A stretch of 64,000 nucleotides of DNA from an alpha proteobacterium SCGC AAA536-G10. GTDB taxonomy: Bacteria > Pseudomonadota > Alphaproteobacteria > Puniceispirillales > Marisalimonadaceae. This document shows positions 8,062 to 19,441 of the stretch, one piece after another (the first letter of the stretch is position 1; every line of letters begins with the position of its first letter). Under the pieces are notes generated by a model. The model was not told the DNA's origin and did no database searches. It saw nothing but the letters and a program-made list of their open reading frames with translations. A program made the position numbers and the translations under genes. Where the stretch lies: positions 104,751 to 168,750 of the forward strand of contig ARQU01000003.1 in the NCBI GenBank assembly GCA_000384615.1, given 5' to 3'.

Positions 8062-10386
8062 ATGTTATCTAAATCCTTAGAAGAAACCTTAAGGCGAGCA
8101 ATGACAAATGCGTCTTCGTTAAAGCACGAGTTTGCTACATTAGAACATTTACTTTTTGCTCTGTTAGAGGATCAAGATGCGATAGAAGTTTTAAAAGCTT
8201 GTTCAGTGAATGTAAAAACTTTAGAAGAGGATATAAATAAATATTTAAAAGAAGATTTGAAGGCAATTATTGCATCAGACTCTGAAACTGACACACAGCC
8301 TACTGCTGGATTTCAAAGGGTTGTGCAAAGAGCTGTAATACATACACAATCTTCAGGTAGAAATGAAGCAACTGGGGCAAATATTTTAGTGGCAATGTTT
8401 TCTGAAAGAGATTGTTATGCAGTTTATTTGTTACAGAAACAAGATATGAAACGTCTCGACGCAGTTAGCTTTATGAGTCATGGCTTAGCAAAAGATCCAA
8501 ATTACGCAAAACCCACTTCACCTTCTGGTGCTGAAAGTGATGTAGAAGATACAGATAATAAAAAAAATGAGAAGGCTCTAGACAAGTATGCTGTAAACTT
8601 AAATGAAAAGGCAGCTGAAGGAAAAATTGATCCTTTAATAGGAAGACAACAGGAACTGGACAGAACTATTCAAGTTTTGTGTAGAAGAACCAAAAATAAT
8701 CCTTTGTTGGTTGGTGACCCTGGAGTTGGTAAGACTGCAATTGCTGAAGGCTTGGCTGATAGAGTGGTAAAAGGAAATGTACCTGAAGTTTTACTAAATT
8801 CTGAAATATATGCTCTAGATATGGGTACATTGCTTGCAGGAACTAGATATAGAGGCGATTTTGAAGAGCGACTAAAAGCCGTAATGAAAGAAATTGAATC
8901 GAATCAAAATGCCATATTATTTATTGATGAAATACACACCATAATTGGTGCTGGAGCCACTAGTGGCGGTGCAATGGATGCTTCTAATTTATTAAAACCA
9001 GCGCTTCAAAATGGTGGCTTGAAGTGTATAGGTTCAACTACATATAAAGAATACAGAGGATACTTTGATAAAGATAGAGCATTAGTTAGACGTTTCCAAA
9101 AAATAGATGTTTCAGAGCCAAATATTGATGACACAGTAAAAATTTTAATGGGATTGAAATCTCGTTATGAAGAACATCATAAACTAAAATTTACAAATAT
9201 AGCTATTAAAACTGCAGTTGAATTATCTGCCAGGTACATAAATGACAGAAAATTACCTGATAAAGCCATAGATGTTATAGATGAAACAGCAGCAGCACAA
9301 ATGCTGAAAAATAAATCTAAACGTAAGCGTATTATAGGCAAGGCTGAAATAGAAGAGACTATTGCATTAATTGCAAGAATTCCTGCTAGAAATGTTTCAA
9401 CTGACGACAGAAAAGCACTTTCTAAGTTACAAGATGATTTAAAAAGAATGGTTTATGGACAAGATAAAGCCGTTACGGAATTAGTTTCAAGCATTAAATT
9501 GTCTAGGGCAGGTTTAAGAGAGGGTGAAAAGCCTGTTGGTTGTTACTTGTTTTCTGGTCCAACAGGTGTTGGTAAAACTGAAGTCGCGAAGCAATTAGCT
9601 GAGGCTATAGGTGTAAAACTCATCAGATTTGACATGTCAGAATATATGGAAAGACATACTGTTTCCAGATTAATCGGTGCTCCCCCAGGTTATGTAGGGT
9701 TTGATCAAGGAGGTCTTTTAACTGACGCGATTGATCAGAATCCTCATTCAGTATTATTATTAGATGAAATTGAGAAAGCGCATCCTGATCTATTTAATTT
9801 ACTCTTGCAGGTTATGGATCATGGTAAACTAACGGATAATAATGGTAAGTCCATTGATTTTAGAAATACAATACTAATTATGACTACTAATGCGGGAGCA
9901 CAAGAGTTATCAAAAGCGGCAATAGGTTTTAAACAAGAAAGCCGTGAAGGTGCTGATGGTGAGGCTATCGACAAACTTTTTGCACCAGAATTTAGAAACA
10001 GACTAGATGCAATAATCCCGTTTGGATATTTACCTTTAGAAGTAGTTAGAATGGTTGTTGACAAATTTATTATGCAATTAGAAGTACAATTATCTGAAAA
10101 AGGTGTTTCTGTTGTATTAACGGATAAAGCTCGAGACTGGTTAGCAACAAAGGGTTATGATAAAACATTTGGTGCCAGACCTTTAGGAAGAGTTATTCAA
10201 GAACATATCAAAAAGCCGCTAGCTGAAGAATTATTGTTTGGAAGATTAGTTGATGGTGGTATTGTTAATGTAGATTTATCAAAAGATAAGTTAATCCTTA
10301 AGACAGAAAGTTCAGGTAATAAAGATAAAAAAAAGAAAATTACCGGATCTAAATTTAAAAGTAAAGATGCACCTGAGTTAACTTAA
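8062..10386 (+). CDS. clpA: ATP-dependent Clp protease ATP-binding subunit ClpA
   Basis: Clp N-domain, two AAA+ modules (GDPGVGKTA and GPTGVGKTE Walker A motifs), 774 aa, directly after clpS. Confidence 0.95.
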   Translation: MLSKSLEETLRRAMTNASSLKHEFATLEHLLFALLEDQDAIEVLKACSVNVKTLEEDINKYLKEDLKAIIASDSETDTQPTAGFQRVVQRAVIHTQSSGRNEATGANILVAMFSERDCYAVYLLQKQDMKRLDAVSFMSHGLAKDPNYAKPTSPSGAESDVEDTDNKKNEKALDKYAVNLNEKAAEGKIDPLIGRQQELDRTIQVLCRRTKNNPLLVGDPGVGKTAIAEGLADRVVKGNVPEVLLNSEIYALDMGTLLAGTRYRGDFEERLKAVMKEIESNQNAILFIDEIHTIIGAGATSGGAMDASNLLKPALQNGGLKCIGSTTYKEYRGYFDKDRALVRRFQKIDVSEPNIDDTVKILMGLKSRYEEHHKLKFTNIAIKTAVELSARYINDRKLPDKAIDVIDETAAAQMLKNKSKRKRIIGKAEIEETIALIARIPARNVSTDDRKALSKLQDDLKRMVYGQDKAVTELVSSIKLSRAGLREGEKPVGCYLFSGPTGVGKTEVAKQLAEAIGVKLIRFDMSEYMERHTVSRLIGAPPGYVGFDQGGLLTDAIDQNPHSVLLLDEIEKAHPDLFNLLLQVMDHGKLTDNNGKSIDFRNTILIMTTNAGAQELSKAAIGFKQESREGADGEAIDKLFAPEFRNRLDAIIPFGYLPLEVVRMVVDKFIMQLEVQLSEKGVSVVLTDKARDWLATKGYDKTFGARPLGRVIQEHIKKPLAEELLFGRLVDGGIVNVDLSKDKLILKTESSGNKDKKKKITGSKFKSKDAPELT

Positions 10387-10387
10387 T

Positions 10388-11530
10388 TTAAATATTAGAA
10401 TATGGCGAACCTTGTTCATTAATAAGTTTTATCTGTTTGTCAATTTCATTTGCTTCTATTTGAACAAAATTTCTAACTGCTTTTGCAAAAGATTCATTTT
10501 TAATTAAATGACTGCTGTATATTGATTCTGCAACGTACCCTCTTTGTATTTTATGATGCCCTTGGGCACCGGCTTCAACTGTTTTAATATTATTATCTAT
10601 CGCATATTCTATAGCCTGATAGTAACAAAGTTCAAAATGTAAAAATGGAATGTCAACTATAGAGCCCCAATTTCTTCCATAAAGTGTGTTGTCACCAATA
10701 AAATTTAAGGCACCTGCTACAATTTTATTATTTTGCCTAGCTATGACTAACAAAATTTTATTTTTCATAGTCTTATTGATCAAGTTAAAAAAACTTTTTG
10801 TTAAGTAAGCTCCACCCCATTTTTTATCAATGGTATTAAGGTAAAAGTTATAAAAAGAATCCCACATTTCATTATTTAATTCATTGCCAGTTACTTTTTG
10901 AATAATTAAGTCATTATTCAGAATAGTTCTTCGCTCTTTTCTAATAGCTTTTCTTTTTGAACTTTTTAATTTACTTAAAAAATCTTCAAATGAGTTATAA
11001 TCGTTATTATGCCAATGAAATTGAAGGCCTTTTCGCTTAATCCATTTTTCATTTTTCAATTTTTTATTTAAGTTGTCTGTAATAAAATTAATATGTGCAG
11101 AACTTAAATTATTATTTTGAACTATCACTTCAAACATATTTATTATTAGCTCAAATATTTTATTATTATCAGGATTCTTTGGATCAATTAAAATTCTAGG
11201 CCCTGTTACAGGAGTAAAAGGTATGGCGGAAAGTAATTTTGGATAATATTGACCACCAGCATTTTCAAATGCATTTGCCCAAGCATGGTCAAATATATAT
11301 TCTCCATAAGAATGCATTTTTAAATAATTAGGTGAGGCACCTATTATGTTACCTTTTTTATTTTTTATTATTATGTGCTGAGGATTCCAGCCAGTCTTAG
11401 CTGATACTGACTTTGAAATTTCTAATGAATTTAAAAAATCGTACGAAGTAAAAGGGTGATTACTCGTATTCAGTGCGTCCCATTCGTTTTTATTAACTTC
11501 AGCTAAGCTAGATACTAGTTCACATTTCAT
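10388..11530 (-). CDS. FemAB-like / DUF482 GNAT-fold acyltransferase family protein
   Basis: 380 aa. N-terminal W.ALN..NHPFTSYDFLNSLE.S.SVS..TGW.PQH matches the conserved start of the PF04339-type family as I recall it. Confidence 0.7.
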   Translation of the reverse strand: MKCELVSSLAEVNKNEWDALNTSNHPFTSYDFLNSLEISKSVSAKTGWNPQHIIIKNKKGNIIGASPNYLKMHSYGEYIFDHAWANAFENAGGQYYPKLLSAIPFTPVTGPRILIDPKNPDNNKIFELIINMFEVIVQNNNLSSAHINFITDNLNKKLKNEKWIKRKGLQFHWHNNDYNSFEDFLSKLKSSKRKAIRKERRTILNNDLIIQKVTGNELNNEMWDSFYNFYLNTIDKKWGGAYLTKSFFNLINKTMKNKILLVIARQNNKIVAGALNFIGDNTLYGRNWGSIVDIPFLHFELCYYQAIEYAIDNNIKTVEAGAQGHHKIQRGYVAESIYSSHLIKNESFAKAVRNFVQIEANEIDKQIKLINEQGSPYSNI

Positions 11531-11563
11531 TAGTTTATAGGCTGGGTTTTAAGAAAAAATAGT

Positions 11564-12034
11564 TTAGTTTTCAATCTCAAAAATACCTTCAATTTCAACA
11601 GGTACATTTAATGGAAGTGAAGCTGTTCCAACGGCAAAGCGTGAGTGTTTACCTTTTTCACCAAATATTTTTACAAACAAGTCTGATGCACCATTAATTA
11701 TTTTTGGTTGATCAGTAAAGTCTGAGGTTGATGCTACAAATCCTCCTAATTTGACAACCTTTTTGACTTTGTTAAGATTTCCATCACAAGCAGATTTAAG
11801 CTGGCTTAGTAAAGCTTTGGCGCAAGCTTCTGCCATTTTTATACCGTCTTCTAGGGACACTGTATCTCCAACTTTACCTTTTATAGTGAGTTCTCCATTT
11901 ATAAAAGGCAATTGTCCTGAAATAAAAACTAAATTACCAGAAATTACATATGGTACATAACTGCCTGCTGGAGAACTTGCTTCATCAAGCTGAATATTTA
12001 ATTCTTCTAATTTATCATTGATATCGTTGATCAT
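11564..12034 (-). CDS. RidA/YjgF-family protein (enamine/imine deaminase-like)
   Basis: 156 aa with typical YjgF/RidA-like segments (LVFISGQLP..., KVVKLGGFV, RFAVG...LP..V.VEIE). Confidence 0.75.
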   Translation of the reverse strand: MINDINDKLEELNIQLDEASSPAGSYVPYVISGNLVFISGQLPFINGELTIKGKVGDTVSLEDGIKMAEACAKALLSQLKSACDGNLNKVKKVVKLGGFVASTSDFTDQPKIINGASDLFVKIFGEKGKHSRFAVGTASLPLNVPVEIEGIFEIEN

Positions 12035-12049
12035 TAAAAATCCTTTGGC

Positions 12050-15000
12050 TTATGAACAGCCGGAAGTTGCACCACATGTATTACATTTCATACATGTTCC
12101 ATTTCTTACGAGTGTAAAGTTACCGCATTCACCACATGCTTCGCCTTCATAGCCTTTTATTTTAGCCTCAATTTCTTGAGCAAGATTTGGAGCCTTCGTT
12201 TCGCTAAAAACAATCGTAGAAGTATCATCATTATTTATTTCAACTTTATCTTCTTTAAGTGAAGTTGTTTGCGGCATCAATGTCACATTACTTGCACCAC
12301 CTGATACTACCTTGAGCTCTCTTCTCACAAAACCTCTACTTGCCACTTTTTCAGAAATAAGGGTTTTGCTATCACCTGAACCAGTTGTACTTGAATCTAA
12401 ATCTTCTGGCCCTACGTGTCCTAAGTCATTTCTGTCTAGATAAGATATTGCTAATTCTCTAAAAATATAGTCCAAAATTGAAGTTGACATTTTGATGGTA
12501 TCATTACCAGTAACCATTCCTTGTGGCTCAAAACGAGTAAAAGTAAAAGCTTCTACAAATTCTTCTAAAGGAACCCCATACTGTAATCCAATTGAAACGG
12601 CAATAGCAAAGTTATTCATTAATGATCTAAATGCAGCTCCTTCTTTGTGCATATCAACAAATATTTCACCTAACTTACCATTTTCATATTCACCAGTTCT
12701 TAGATAAACTTTATGGCCTCCTACGGTTGCTTTTTGGGTGTAGCCTTTTCTTCTGTGAGGTAATTTATCTCTTTCAGCTCTTACAAATCGTTCCACAATT
12801 TTTTCAACAACATCACTTGTACGTTTCGTTATGTCCTTTTCATTTGCAATATTATCTTGATCTTCGCTGATGTCGTCTTCATCTAGTAAGGAGGAGTTAA
12901 GTGGTTGGCTTAACTTTGAACCATCTCTATATAATGCATTTGCTTTAATTCCCAACTGCCAAGATAGCATGTAGGCATCACTACAGTCCTCTATGGATGC
13001 ATCATTTGGCATATTTATTGTTTTCGAAATGGCACCAGATATAAAAGATTGTGCAGCTGCCATCATTTTAATATGACTGTCTACTGATAAAAATCTTTTG
13101 CCTATTCGCCCACAAACATTAGCGCAATCAAATACATCAAGATGTTTTTTATTTAAATGAGGTGCACCTTCAAGTGTCATTGCTCCACAAACATGAATAT
13201 TAGCTACGTCAATTTCTTCGGCAGTAAAACCTAAAAATTCTAGCATATTAAATGTGAAATCATTCATTTGTTCAGTAGATATGCCTAGAGTATTTTTACA
13301 AAAATCTTCACCTAGGGTAAATTGATTAAATACAAATTTTATGTCAAATGCAGACTCTAAAGAGCTTTCAATTAACTGGATTTCTTTGTTGGTAAATCCT
13401 TTTGAAATTAATGCATTATGACTTATAGCTTGACAATCTTTTAAGCTACCAGTGCCAACAGCATACCTTTGCATATCATCAATTTGATCTCCGTCATATC
13501 CTAAATGTGCTAAAGCTTCAGGAACCACTCGGTTGATGATTTTAAAATATCCACCACCAGCTAATTTTTTAAATTTAACCATAGCAAAGTCTGGTTCTAT
13601 CCCAGTGGTATCACAATCCATAACTAGACCAATTGTTCCAGTTGGAGCTATTACAGTAGCTTGCGCATTTCTATAACCATTTTTTTCACCTAACGACAAA
13701 GCTTTTGTCCACGCCTCTTTGGCTGCAGAAATTAGATTTTGATCTGGGCAATCTTGAGACATAAGAGGAACTGGATTAATAGACAAGTCTTCATAGCCTG
13801 TAGTTTTACCTTCTGAAGCTCGTTTGTGATTACGTATAACTTTCAACATGCTATTTGCATTTTCGTTATATTTTGGAAATGGCCCAAGTTCCCCAGCAAT
13901 TTCTGCTGATGTTGCATATGAAATACCAGTCATTATAGACGTAAGTGCTGCACATACAGATCTTCCTTGATCACTATCATAAGGAATACCCCAGGACATT
14001 AACAAACCACCTATATTTGCATATCCCAATCCAAGTGTTCTGTATTCATAAGATCTTTGTGCAATTTCTTTTGAAGGAAATTGTGCCATCATTACAGAAA
14101 TTTCGAGAGTTAGTGTCCATAGCCTTGTAGTGTATTCATATGCCTTTATATCAAAAGAAGTGTCATCTTTTTTGAATTGCAATAAATTTATGGATGCTAG
14201 GTTACATGCTGTGTCATCAATAAACATATATTCTGAACACGGATTAGAAGCATTTATTCTTCCAGCTTCTGGACAAGTATGCCACTCATTGATAGTAGTA
14301 TCATATTGAAGCCCAGGGTCTGCACAAGCCCAAGCAGCTTCAGAGATTTTAGACCACAAATCAGATGCAATAATTGTGTTGTGAACACCTCCATCTGTTC
14401 TTCTTATGAGGTCCCATTCACCTTTTTGCTGTACTTTTTCTAAAAATTCATTACTCACTCTTACCGAATTATTAGAGTTCTGCCCAGAAACTGTTAAATA
14501 TGCCTCACTATCCCAATCTGTGTCGTAGGTTTGAAACTCAATTTCTTTAAACCCTTGACCAGCAAATTGCATAACTCTTTGTATATAGTTTTCTGGTATC
14601 ATAACCGCACGGCAATTTAAGATTGCTTTTTTAAGTTCAGTATTGGTTTTAGGGTTTAATCTTTCTTTGTCATCATAACTATCTAAATTACATGCATCCA
14701 TTACGGACTTTAAATTTTTGGCTGTTAATTTTGATCCTGCAACTAATGCAGCTACTTTTTGTTCCTCAATGACTTTCCAATTGATATACTCTTCAATGTC
14801 GGGATGATCTATATCAACGGTTACCATCTTTGCAGCTCTTCTCGTCGTTCCACCAGATTTAATGGCTCCGGCAGCTCTGTCACCAATTCTTAAAAAACTC
14901 ATCATTCCTGATGATCGTCCACCACCAGACAAACCTTCGGTACTGCCTCTTAATTTTGAAAAATTTGATCCAGTTCCAGATCCATACTTAAAAAGTCTAG

Positions 15001-15664
15001 CTTCTCTTACCCAAAGGTCCATAATTCCACCCTCGTTTACGAGGTCATCTTGAACGGATTGAATAAAACATGCATGAGGCTGAGGATGTTCGTAGGACGA
15101 CTGTGATTTCACTAGTTTTTTGGTTTCAAAATCAACATAATAATGTCCTTGACTGGGGCCATCTATCCCGTAAGCCCAGTGTAACCCAGTATTGAACCAT
15201 TGTGGTGAGTTTGGTGCGCACATTTGAGCTGCAAGCATAAACCTCATTTCATCAAAATATATTTTTGCATCTTCTTCAGTGGTAAAATATTTTCCTTTCC
15301 AGCCCCAATAAGTCCATGTTCCTGCTAATCTATCAAAAACTTGTTTAGCCGACTCTTCACCTTTATATCTTTTATCTTTTGATATTTTATTTAACTTTTC
15401 CGTATCGGGCTCAGATCGCCATAACCAATTAGGAACATTTTTTTCCACTACTTTTTTAACAAATGCGGGAACACCTGCTTTACGAAAATATTTTTGTGCA
15501 ATTATATCTGCGGCCACTTGAGAATAGTTGCCAGGAACTTCAATGTTTGGAGCACTAAAAACTATTGTTCCATCTGGATTTTTAATTTCGCTAGAAGTAG
15601 TTTTGAATTCTAAACCAGCGTAAGCATCGTTCCCTTTTGTTGTAAATTGTCTTTCAAATTTCAT
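12050..15664 (-). CDS. nrdJ: Adenosylcobalamin-dependent (class II) ribonucleotide reductase
   Basis: 1204 aa. Active-site region NPCSEYMF, long alphaproteobacterial-type architecture, C-terminal Cys cluster [28 protein letters not shown]. Confidence 0.95.
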   Translation of the reverse strand: MKFERQFTTKGNDAYAGLEFKTTSSEIKNPDGTIVFSAPNIEVPGNYSQVAADIIAQKYFRKAGVPAFVKKVVEKNVPNWLWRSEPDTEKLNKISKDKRYKGEESAKQVFDRLAGTWTYWGWKGKYFTTEEDAKIYFDEMRFMLAAQMCAPNSPQWFNTGLHWAYGIDGPSQGHYYVDFETKKLVKSQSSYEHPQPHACFIQSVQDDLVNEGGIMDLWVREARLFKYGSGTGSNFSKLRGSTEGLSGGGRSSGMMSFLRIGDRAAGAIKSGGTTRRAAKMVTVDIDHPDIEEYINWKVIEEQKVAALVAGSKLTAKNLKSVMDACNLDSYDDKERLNPKTNTELKKAILNCRAVMIPENYIQRVMQFAGQGFKEIEFQTYDTDWDSEAYLTVSGQNSNNSVRVSNEFLEKVQQKGEWDLIRRTDGGVHNTIIASDLWSKISEAAWACADPGLQYDTTINEWHTCPEAGRINASNPCSEYMFIDDTACNLASINLLQFKKDDTSFDIKAYEYTTRLWTLTLEISVMMAQFPSKEIAQRSYEYRTLGLGYANIGGLLMSWGIPYDSDQGRSVCAALTSIMTGISYATSAEIAGELGPFPKYNENANSMLKVIRNHKRASEGKTTGYEDLSINPVPLMSQDCPDQNLISAAKEAWTKALSLGEKNGYRNAQATVIAPTGTIGLVMDCDTTGIEPDFAMVKFKKLAGGGYFKIINRVVPEALAHLGYDGDQIDDMQRYAVGTGSLKDCQAISHNALISKGFTNKEIQLIESSLESAFDIKFVFNQFTLGEDFCKNTLGISTEQMNDFTFNMLEFLGFTAEEIDVANIHVCGAMTLEGAPHLNKKHLDVFDCANVCGRIGKRFLSVDSHIKMMAAAQSFISGAISKTINMPNDASIEDCSDAYMLSWQLGIKANALYRDGSKLSQPLNSSLLDEDDISEDQDNIANEKDITKRTSDVVEKIVERFVRAERDKLPHRRKGYTQKATVGGHKVYLRTGEYENGKLGEIFVDMHKEGAAFRSLMNNFAIAVSIGLQYGVPLEEFVEAFTFTRFEPQGMVTGNDTIKMSTSILDYIFRELAISYLDRNDLGHVGPEDLDSSTTGSGDSKTLISEKVASRGFVRRELKVVSGGASNVTLMPQTTSLKEDKVEINNDDTSTIVFSETKAPNLAQEIEAKIKGYEGEACGECGNFTLVRNGTCMKCNTCGATSGCS

Positions 15665-15740
15665 CTTTTTTCCTTTTTACAATAAAGAAAACAATAATTG
15701 TGTATTTGTCAGATTTTATTGTTGAAATCTCATAATCTCT

Positions 15741-15749
15741 TGTGGATAA
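15741..15749 (-). promoter_or_regulatory. Perfect DnaA box (TTATCCACA on the nrdJ strand)
   Basis: The plus strand reads TGTGGATAA at 15741-15749, 77 nt upstream of the nrdJ start codon. Confidence 0.55.
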
Positions 15750-15859
15750 ATTGTTTAAATTTTAACAAAATGTTATGATGCTTACAATTTCCTATAAATA
15801 AACTCTTGTTTTTCCTTAATTTAATTTTATTTATTTGATTTTCGTCAATTAATACGGCC

Positions 15860-15868
15860 TGTGGATAA
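15860..15868 (-). promoter_or_regulatory. Second perfect DnaA box, same orientation
   Basis: The plus strand reads TGTGGATAA at 15860-15868. Both boxes share the extended 11-mer TGTGGATAAAT. Confidence 0.55.
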
Positions 15869-16002
15869 ATACAATATATAGTAACAACGAATATTTAAAC
15901 TACATGATTTAGTATGCATCAGTAAAGTGTATAATTCAATTTTTTTATTTTTTTTTTAACTATCTAATTTTACTTAATTTTTTACTATTTAATAAAGAAT
16001 TT

Positions 16003-16040
16003 AAAAATAATAAATATTCATTGTAATATTTATTATTTTT
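16003..16040. repeat. Perfect 16-bp inverted repeat (38-bp all-A/T palindrome) upstream of mlaD
   Basis: AAAAATAATAAATATT (16003-16018), spacer CATTGT, AATATTTATTATTTTT (16025-16040). It lies 51 nt upstream of the mlaD ATG. Confidence 0.6.
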
Positions 16041-16090
16041 ACAAATAAGTTATAGTATCTAAAAATATGAATTAATTAGGAAGTCATTTA

Positions 16091-16534
16091 ATGAGATATA
16101 GTTTAGTCGAAATATTCTTGGGAGCTATCGTTTTGCTTACTGCAATAGGCTTTTTAGTTTTAGGAATGCAGTCAATAAATAGTCAAAAGGATGGGTATAA
16201 TATTTCGTTAATATTTGGTTCAACTGCAGGTTTGAAAAATGGGGATGATGTAAAAATTTCTGGAATTAGTGTAGGTAAGATTACTAAATTAGAACTTAAT
16301 CAAGATGATTATAATGCAAAAGTAGATATTATTATCAATAACAATATAAAAATCCCAGATGACTCCTCAGCTAAGATTACCTCTTCCAGTCTTTTAGGAG
16401 GAAACTTTTTAGATATAATACCTGGCTCATCTGAAAAAAATCTAGGGCCAAGTGATATAATATACGATACGACAGATCCAGTAAATTTTACAGATATGCT
16501 TGGAAAAGTTATATTTTCAGGCAATAAACAGTAA
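16091..16534 (+). CDS. mlaD: MlaD-like MCE-domain protein (outer-membrane lipid asymmetry system)
   Basis: N-terminal TM helix followed by an MCE domain (GLKNGDDVKISGISVGKITKLEL...). Confidence 0.8.
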   Translation: MRYSLVEIFLGAIVLLTAIGFLVLGMQSINSQKDGYNISLIFGSTAGLKNGDDVKISGISVGKITKLELNQDDYNAKVDIIINNNIKIPDDSSAKITSSSLLGGNFLDIIPGSSEKNLGPSDIIYDTTDPVNFTDMLGKVIFSGNKQ

Positions 16535-16555
16535 TAAAATAATTTAGGTTTTCTT

Positions 16556-16969
16556 ATGAAACTAATGGAGCTAATTTTTTTTATAATATTTGTTCTTTTT
16601 CCTAAAATTGCATTTTCGTCTCAATGGATTGAAGGAAATAAATTGGTTATTCAAGGTCTAGATAAAATTACAGCAAGGATAGAAACTTTTGAAGTAGAGG
16701 TGGGTCAAACGCATAAGTTTGGGGTATTAGATATTTTTGTAGAAAGATGTGTTTTTTCAAAACCTATATTTAAACCTGAGTCACTAGCATTTATAAAAAT
16801 AAAGGATAACTCCGATAGACTTTCAGAAGTAAAGTTTAATGGATGGATGTTTGCATCTAGTCCAGCTCTCAATGCTTTAGAGAATCCAGTCTATGATGTT
16901 TCCATCCTTGCCTGTAAAAAAGTTGACAAACAATTAAAAAAATCATCATCAGTTGAAGGTAAACAATAA
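16556..16969 (+). CDS. DUF2155-family periplasmic protein
   Basis: Signal peptide plus the conserved LDKITARIETFEVEVGQTHKFGVLDI..ERC...P...PES.AF block, which as I recall is characteristic of alphaproteobacterial DUF2155. Confidence 0.7.
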   Translation: MKLMELIFFIIFVLFPKIAFSSQWIEGNKLVIQGLDKITARIETFEVEVGQTHKFGVLDIFVERCVFSKPIFKPESLAFIKIKDNSDRLSEVKFNGWMFASSPALNALENPVYDVSILACKKVDKQLKKSSSVEGKQ

Positions 16970-17565
16970 AATTCCGTTTTTAATCCAATTGCTTTATTTA
17001 GATCTTGTTTGAATTTAGTTTTTTTAATTTCATATGCACCAAACTGCATCAGATGATCATTTAGGAATTGGACATCTAATATTTTAAAACCACTTTTCCA
17101 TAATCTTGCAACGAGGTTTATTAAGGCAATTTTACTTCCATTAGAAATACAGCTAAACATTGATTCTGCAAAAAAAACTCCTCCTAGAGCTACTCCGTAA
17201 ATTCCTCCGATTAATTGATTATTTTGCCAACATTCAATTGAATGTGCATATTTCAATTTATTTAAAGCGATAAATAAATTTTCTATTTCATCGTTTATCC
17301 AAGTTTCTGTTCTGTTTATAGTGGCACATGATCTAATTACATCTGCAAAAGCTTTGTTCATAGTAATTTCAAACGGTCTTTTTTTTGCCAAACGAATTAG
17401 ACTTTTTGAAGCCTTAAATTTGTAGATTGGTATAAGGGCTCGATATTCAGGATCAATAAAAATAATTTTTTCATCTTTTCTGCTATCAGCCATGGGAAAA
17501 ATACCAAGCGTATAAGCTCTAACTAATTGTTCTGGCGATATTGATGGAGGGTATCTGTTGCTCAA
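16891..17565 (-). CDS. aat: Leucyl/phenylalanyl-tRNA--protein transferase
   Basis: LVRAYTLGIFPM, WINDEI, ECWQNNQLIGGIYGVALGGVFFAESMF and LDVQF..DHL..FGA motifs. Its 3' end overlaps the convergent DUF2155 gene by 79 nt. Confidence 0.9.
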   Translation of the reverse strand: MSNRYPPSISPEQLVRAYTLGIFPMADSRKDEKIIFIDPEYRALIPIYKFKASKSLIRLAKKRPFEITMNKAFADVIRSCATINRTETWINDEIENLFIALNKLKYAHSIECWQNNQLIGGIYGVALGGVFFAESMFSCISNGSKIALINLVARLWKSGFKILDVQFLNDHLMQFGAYEIKKTKFKQDLNKAIGLKTEFYCLPSTDDDFFNCLSTFLQARMETS

Positions 17566-17593
17566 CTAGATTTTCTAACATAAATAATGAATA

Positions 17594-18937
17594 TTAATTG
17601 GCATTTAATAATTTATTTTCTAACCACCTAATATCATAGGAACCTTTTTTCATTACTTCGGTGTTTAAAATATCCCTATGTAAATCTATAGTGGTGGAAA
17701 TTGGTTCTATCACAATTTCTCTTAGAGCTTGCTTAAGTCTTAGAATGCATTGATTTCTGTTATTTCCATGCACAATCAGTTTAGCAATTAAACTATCGTA
17801 ATACGGGGGAACTTCGTATCCTGAGTATATGCAAGACTCAATTCTAACACCAAGCCCACATGGAGAGTGAAATTGTAAAATTTTACCTGGAGAAGGTATA
17901 AATGTTCTTGGATCTTCTGCATTAATTCTACATTCAATTGCATGACCATTAATTTTTACATCATTTTGTTTGAAAGATAATGGTAGGCCAGCTGCGATCA
18001 TTATTTGTTCTCTTACTAAATCTATTCCCGTAATTGCTTCAGTAATGGGGTGTTCTACCTGAAGTCTTGTATTCATTTCTATAAAGAAGAACTCATCATT
18101 TTCGTATAAAAACTCAATAGTACCTAATCCTAAATATCCCATTTTCGACACAGCATTTGATGCTATCTCACCTATAGTATTCCTTGTTTTATTATCTATG
18201 GCGGGTGACGGTGCTTCTTCAATAACTTTTTGATGACGTCTTTGAATAGAACATTCTCTTTCGCCAAGATGAACAGTATTGCCAAACTTATCAGCCGCTA
18301 TTTGTACTTCTATGTGTCTTGGATTTTGAAGATATTTTTCAATATATACACGGTCATCACCAAATGCCGCTTTTGCTTCACTTTTAGCCGCTGTAAAAGC
18401 TGATTCAAGTTCTTCTTCATTTAAAGCGACTTTCATTCCTCTACCGCCACCTCCAGAAGCTGCTTTAATTAAGACAGGGTAACCAATTTTTTGGGCTTCT
18501 TCATAAGCATTTTCGAAATCATAAATATCATTTTCAGAACCAGGAACAAGAGGTATTCCTAGTTTTTGCGCTGTTATCTTTGCTTCTATTTTGTCTCCCA
18601 TGCATCTTATATGTTCCGGTTTTGGTCCTATAAAAACAATGTTATGGGCTTCAACAATTTCAGCAAAATCTGGATTTTCAGACAAAAAACCAACTCCCGG
18701 ATGAATAGCGTCAGCTCCGACTAACTGAGCGGCCGTTATTATTGCTGGTATATTCAAATATGATTTTGAAGATGGAGCAGGGCCGATACATACACTTTCA
18801 TCAGCTAATCGGACATGTATTGAATCATTATCTGCTGTGGAGTGAATAGCAACGGTTTTGATATTTAGTTCTTTACAGGCCCTTAAAACTCTTAAAGCCA
18901 CATCACCTCGGTTTGCTATTAAAATCTTTGAAAACAT
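17594..18937 (-). CDS. accC: Acetyl-CoA carboxylase biotin carboxylase subunit
   Basis: Track ORF starts at TTG 18955. ATG 18937 gives the canonical [12 protein letters not shown]-terminus and removes the overlap with accB. An ATP-grasp domain is present throughout. Confidence 0.95.
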   Translation of the reverse strand: MFSKILIANRGDVALRVLRACKELNIKTVAIHSTADNDSIHVRLADESVCIGPAPSSKSYLNIPAIITAAQLVGADAIHPGVGFLSENPDFAEIVEAHNIVFIGPKPEHIRCMGDKIEAKITAQKLGIPLVPGSENDIYDFENAYEEAQKIGYPVLIKAASGGGGRGMKVALNEEELESAFTAAKSEAKAAFGDDRVYIEKYLQNPRHIEVQIAADKFGNTVHLGERECSIQRRHQKVIEEAPSPAIDNKTRNTIGEIASNAVSKMGYLGLGTIEFLYENDEFFFIEMNTRLQVEHPITEAITGIDLVREQIMIAAGLPLSFKQNDVKINGHAIECRINAEDPRTFIPSPGKILQFHSPCGLGVRIESCIYSGYEVPPYYDSLIAKLIVHGNNRNQCILRLKQALREIVIEPISTTIDLHRDILNTEVMKKGSYDIRWLENKLLNAN

Positions 18938-18947
18938 GATGAACCTA

Positions 18948-19421
18948 TTACTCAATCACAACCAGTAATTGATTGAATTCTATTGGTTGACCATCTTCAA
19001 AACCTATGTGAACTATTTTTCCAGATTTATGTGCGGTAATTGAATTCATTACTTTCATGGCCTCAATAATGAGTAATGTATCGCCAATTGACACTGAAGA
19101 ATTTAACTTAATAAATGTTTCCTTACCTGGCTCTGGGGATGAATACGCTGTACCAACCATTGGCGAATTGACTGCACCTGGATGTTTGTTGTTAAACTTT
19201 TCAGGTTTTTCTTCTATTTTGATATTATTTTCTGAAATATTCGCTTTTGGAGTTTTAACAATAGTTTTTTCAGGACTTGGTGAATTATTCAGATTATTTT
19301 TAATTTTTATTTTAAAATGCTCAGCTTCATATTCTAATTCTGATAAATCATTATTATTAACAATATCAACAAAGTCTTGAACTATATTAAGGTTTTCTTT
19401 ATTCGAATTCTTCTTATTCAT
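18948..19421 (-). CDS. accB: Acetyl-CoA carboxylase biotin carboxyl carrier protein
   Basis: C-terminal biotinyl domain with EAMKVMN (biotinylated Lys), upstream of accC. Confidence 0.9.
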   Translation of the reverse strand: MNKKNSNKENLNIVQDFVDIVNNNDLSELEYEAEHFKIKIKNNLNNSPSPEKTIVKTPKANISENNIKIEEKPEKFNNKHPGAVNSPMVGTAYSSPEPGKETFIKLNSSVSIGDTLLIIEAMKVMNSITAHKSGKIVHIGFEDGQPIEFNQLLVVIE

Positions 19422-19441
19422 TATTTCACCTATTTTTTTGT

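Noticed and set aside
15868-15920. NrdR-box-like palindromes upstream of nrdJ: ATACAATATATAGTAA at 15869-15884 (12 of 16 matches to my recollection of the consensus), and ACTACATGATTTAGT about 32 nt away.
   Set aside because: The second box matches poorly, the region is so AT-rich that such near-palindromes arise by chance, and I cannot verify that the genome has nrdR.
15665-16090. Possibility that the DnaA-box region is the chromosomal origin (oriC).
   Set aside because: Only two boxes were found and no dnaA/hemE-type neighbouring genes. DnaA boxes upstream of nrd genes are a known regulatory arrangement. It cannot be evaluated without genome-wide skew, so it is not called.
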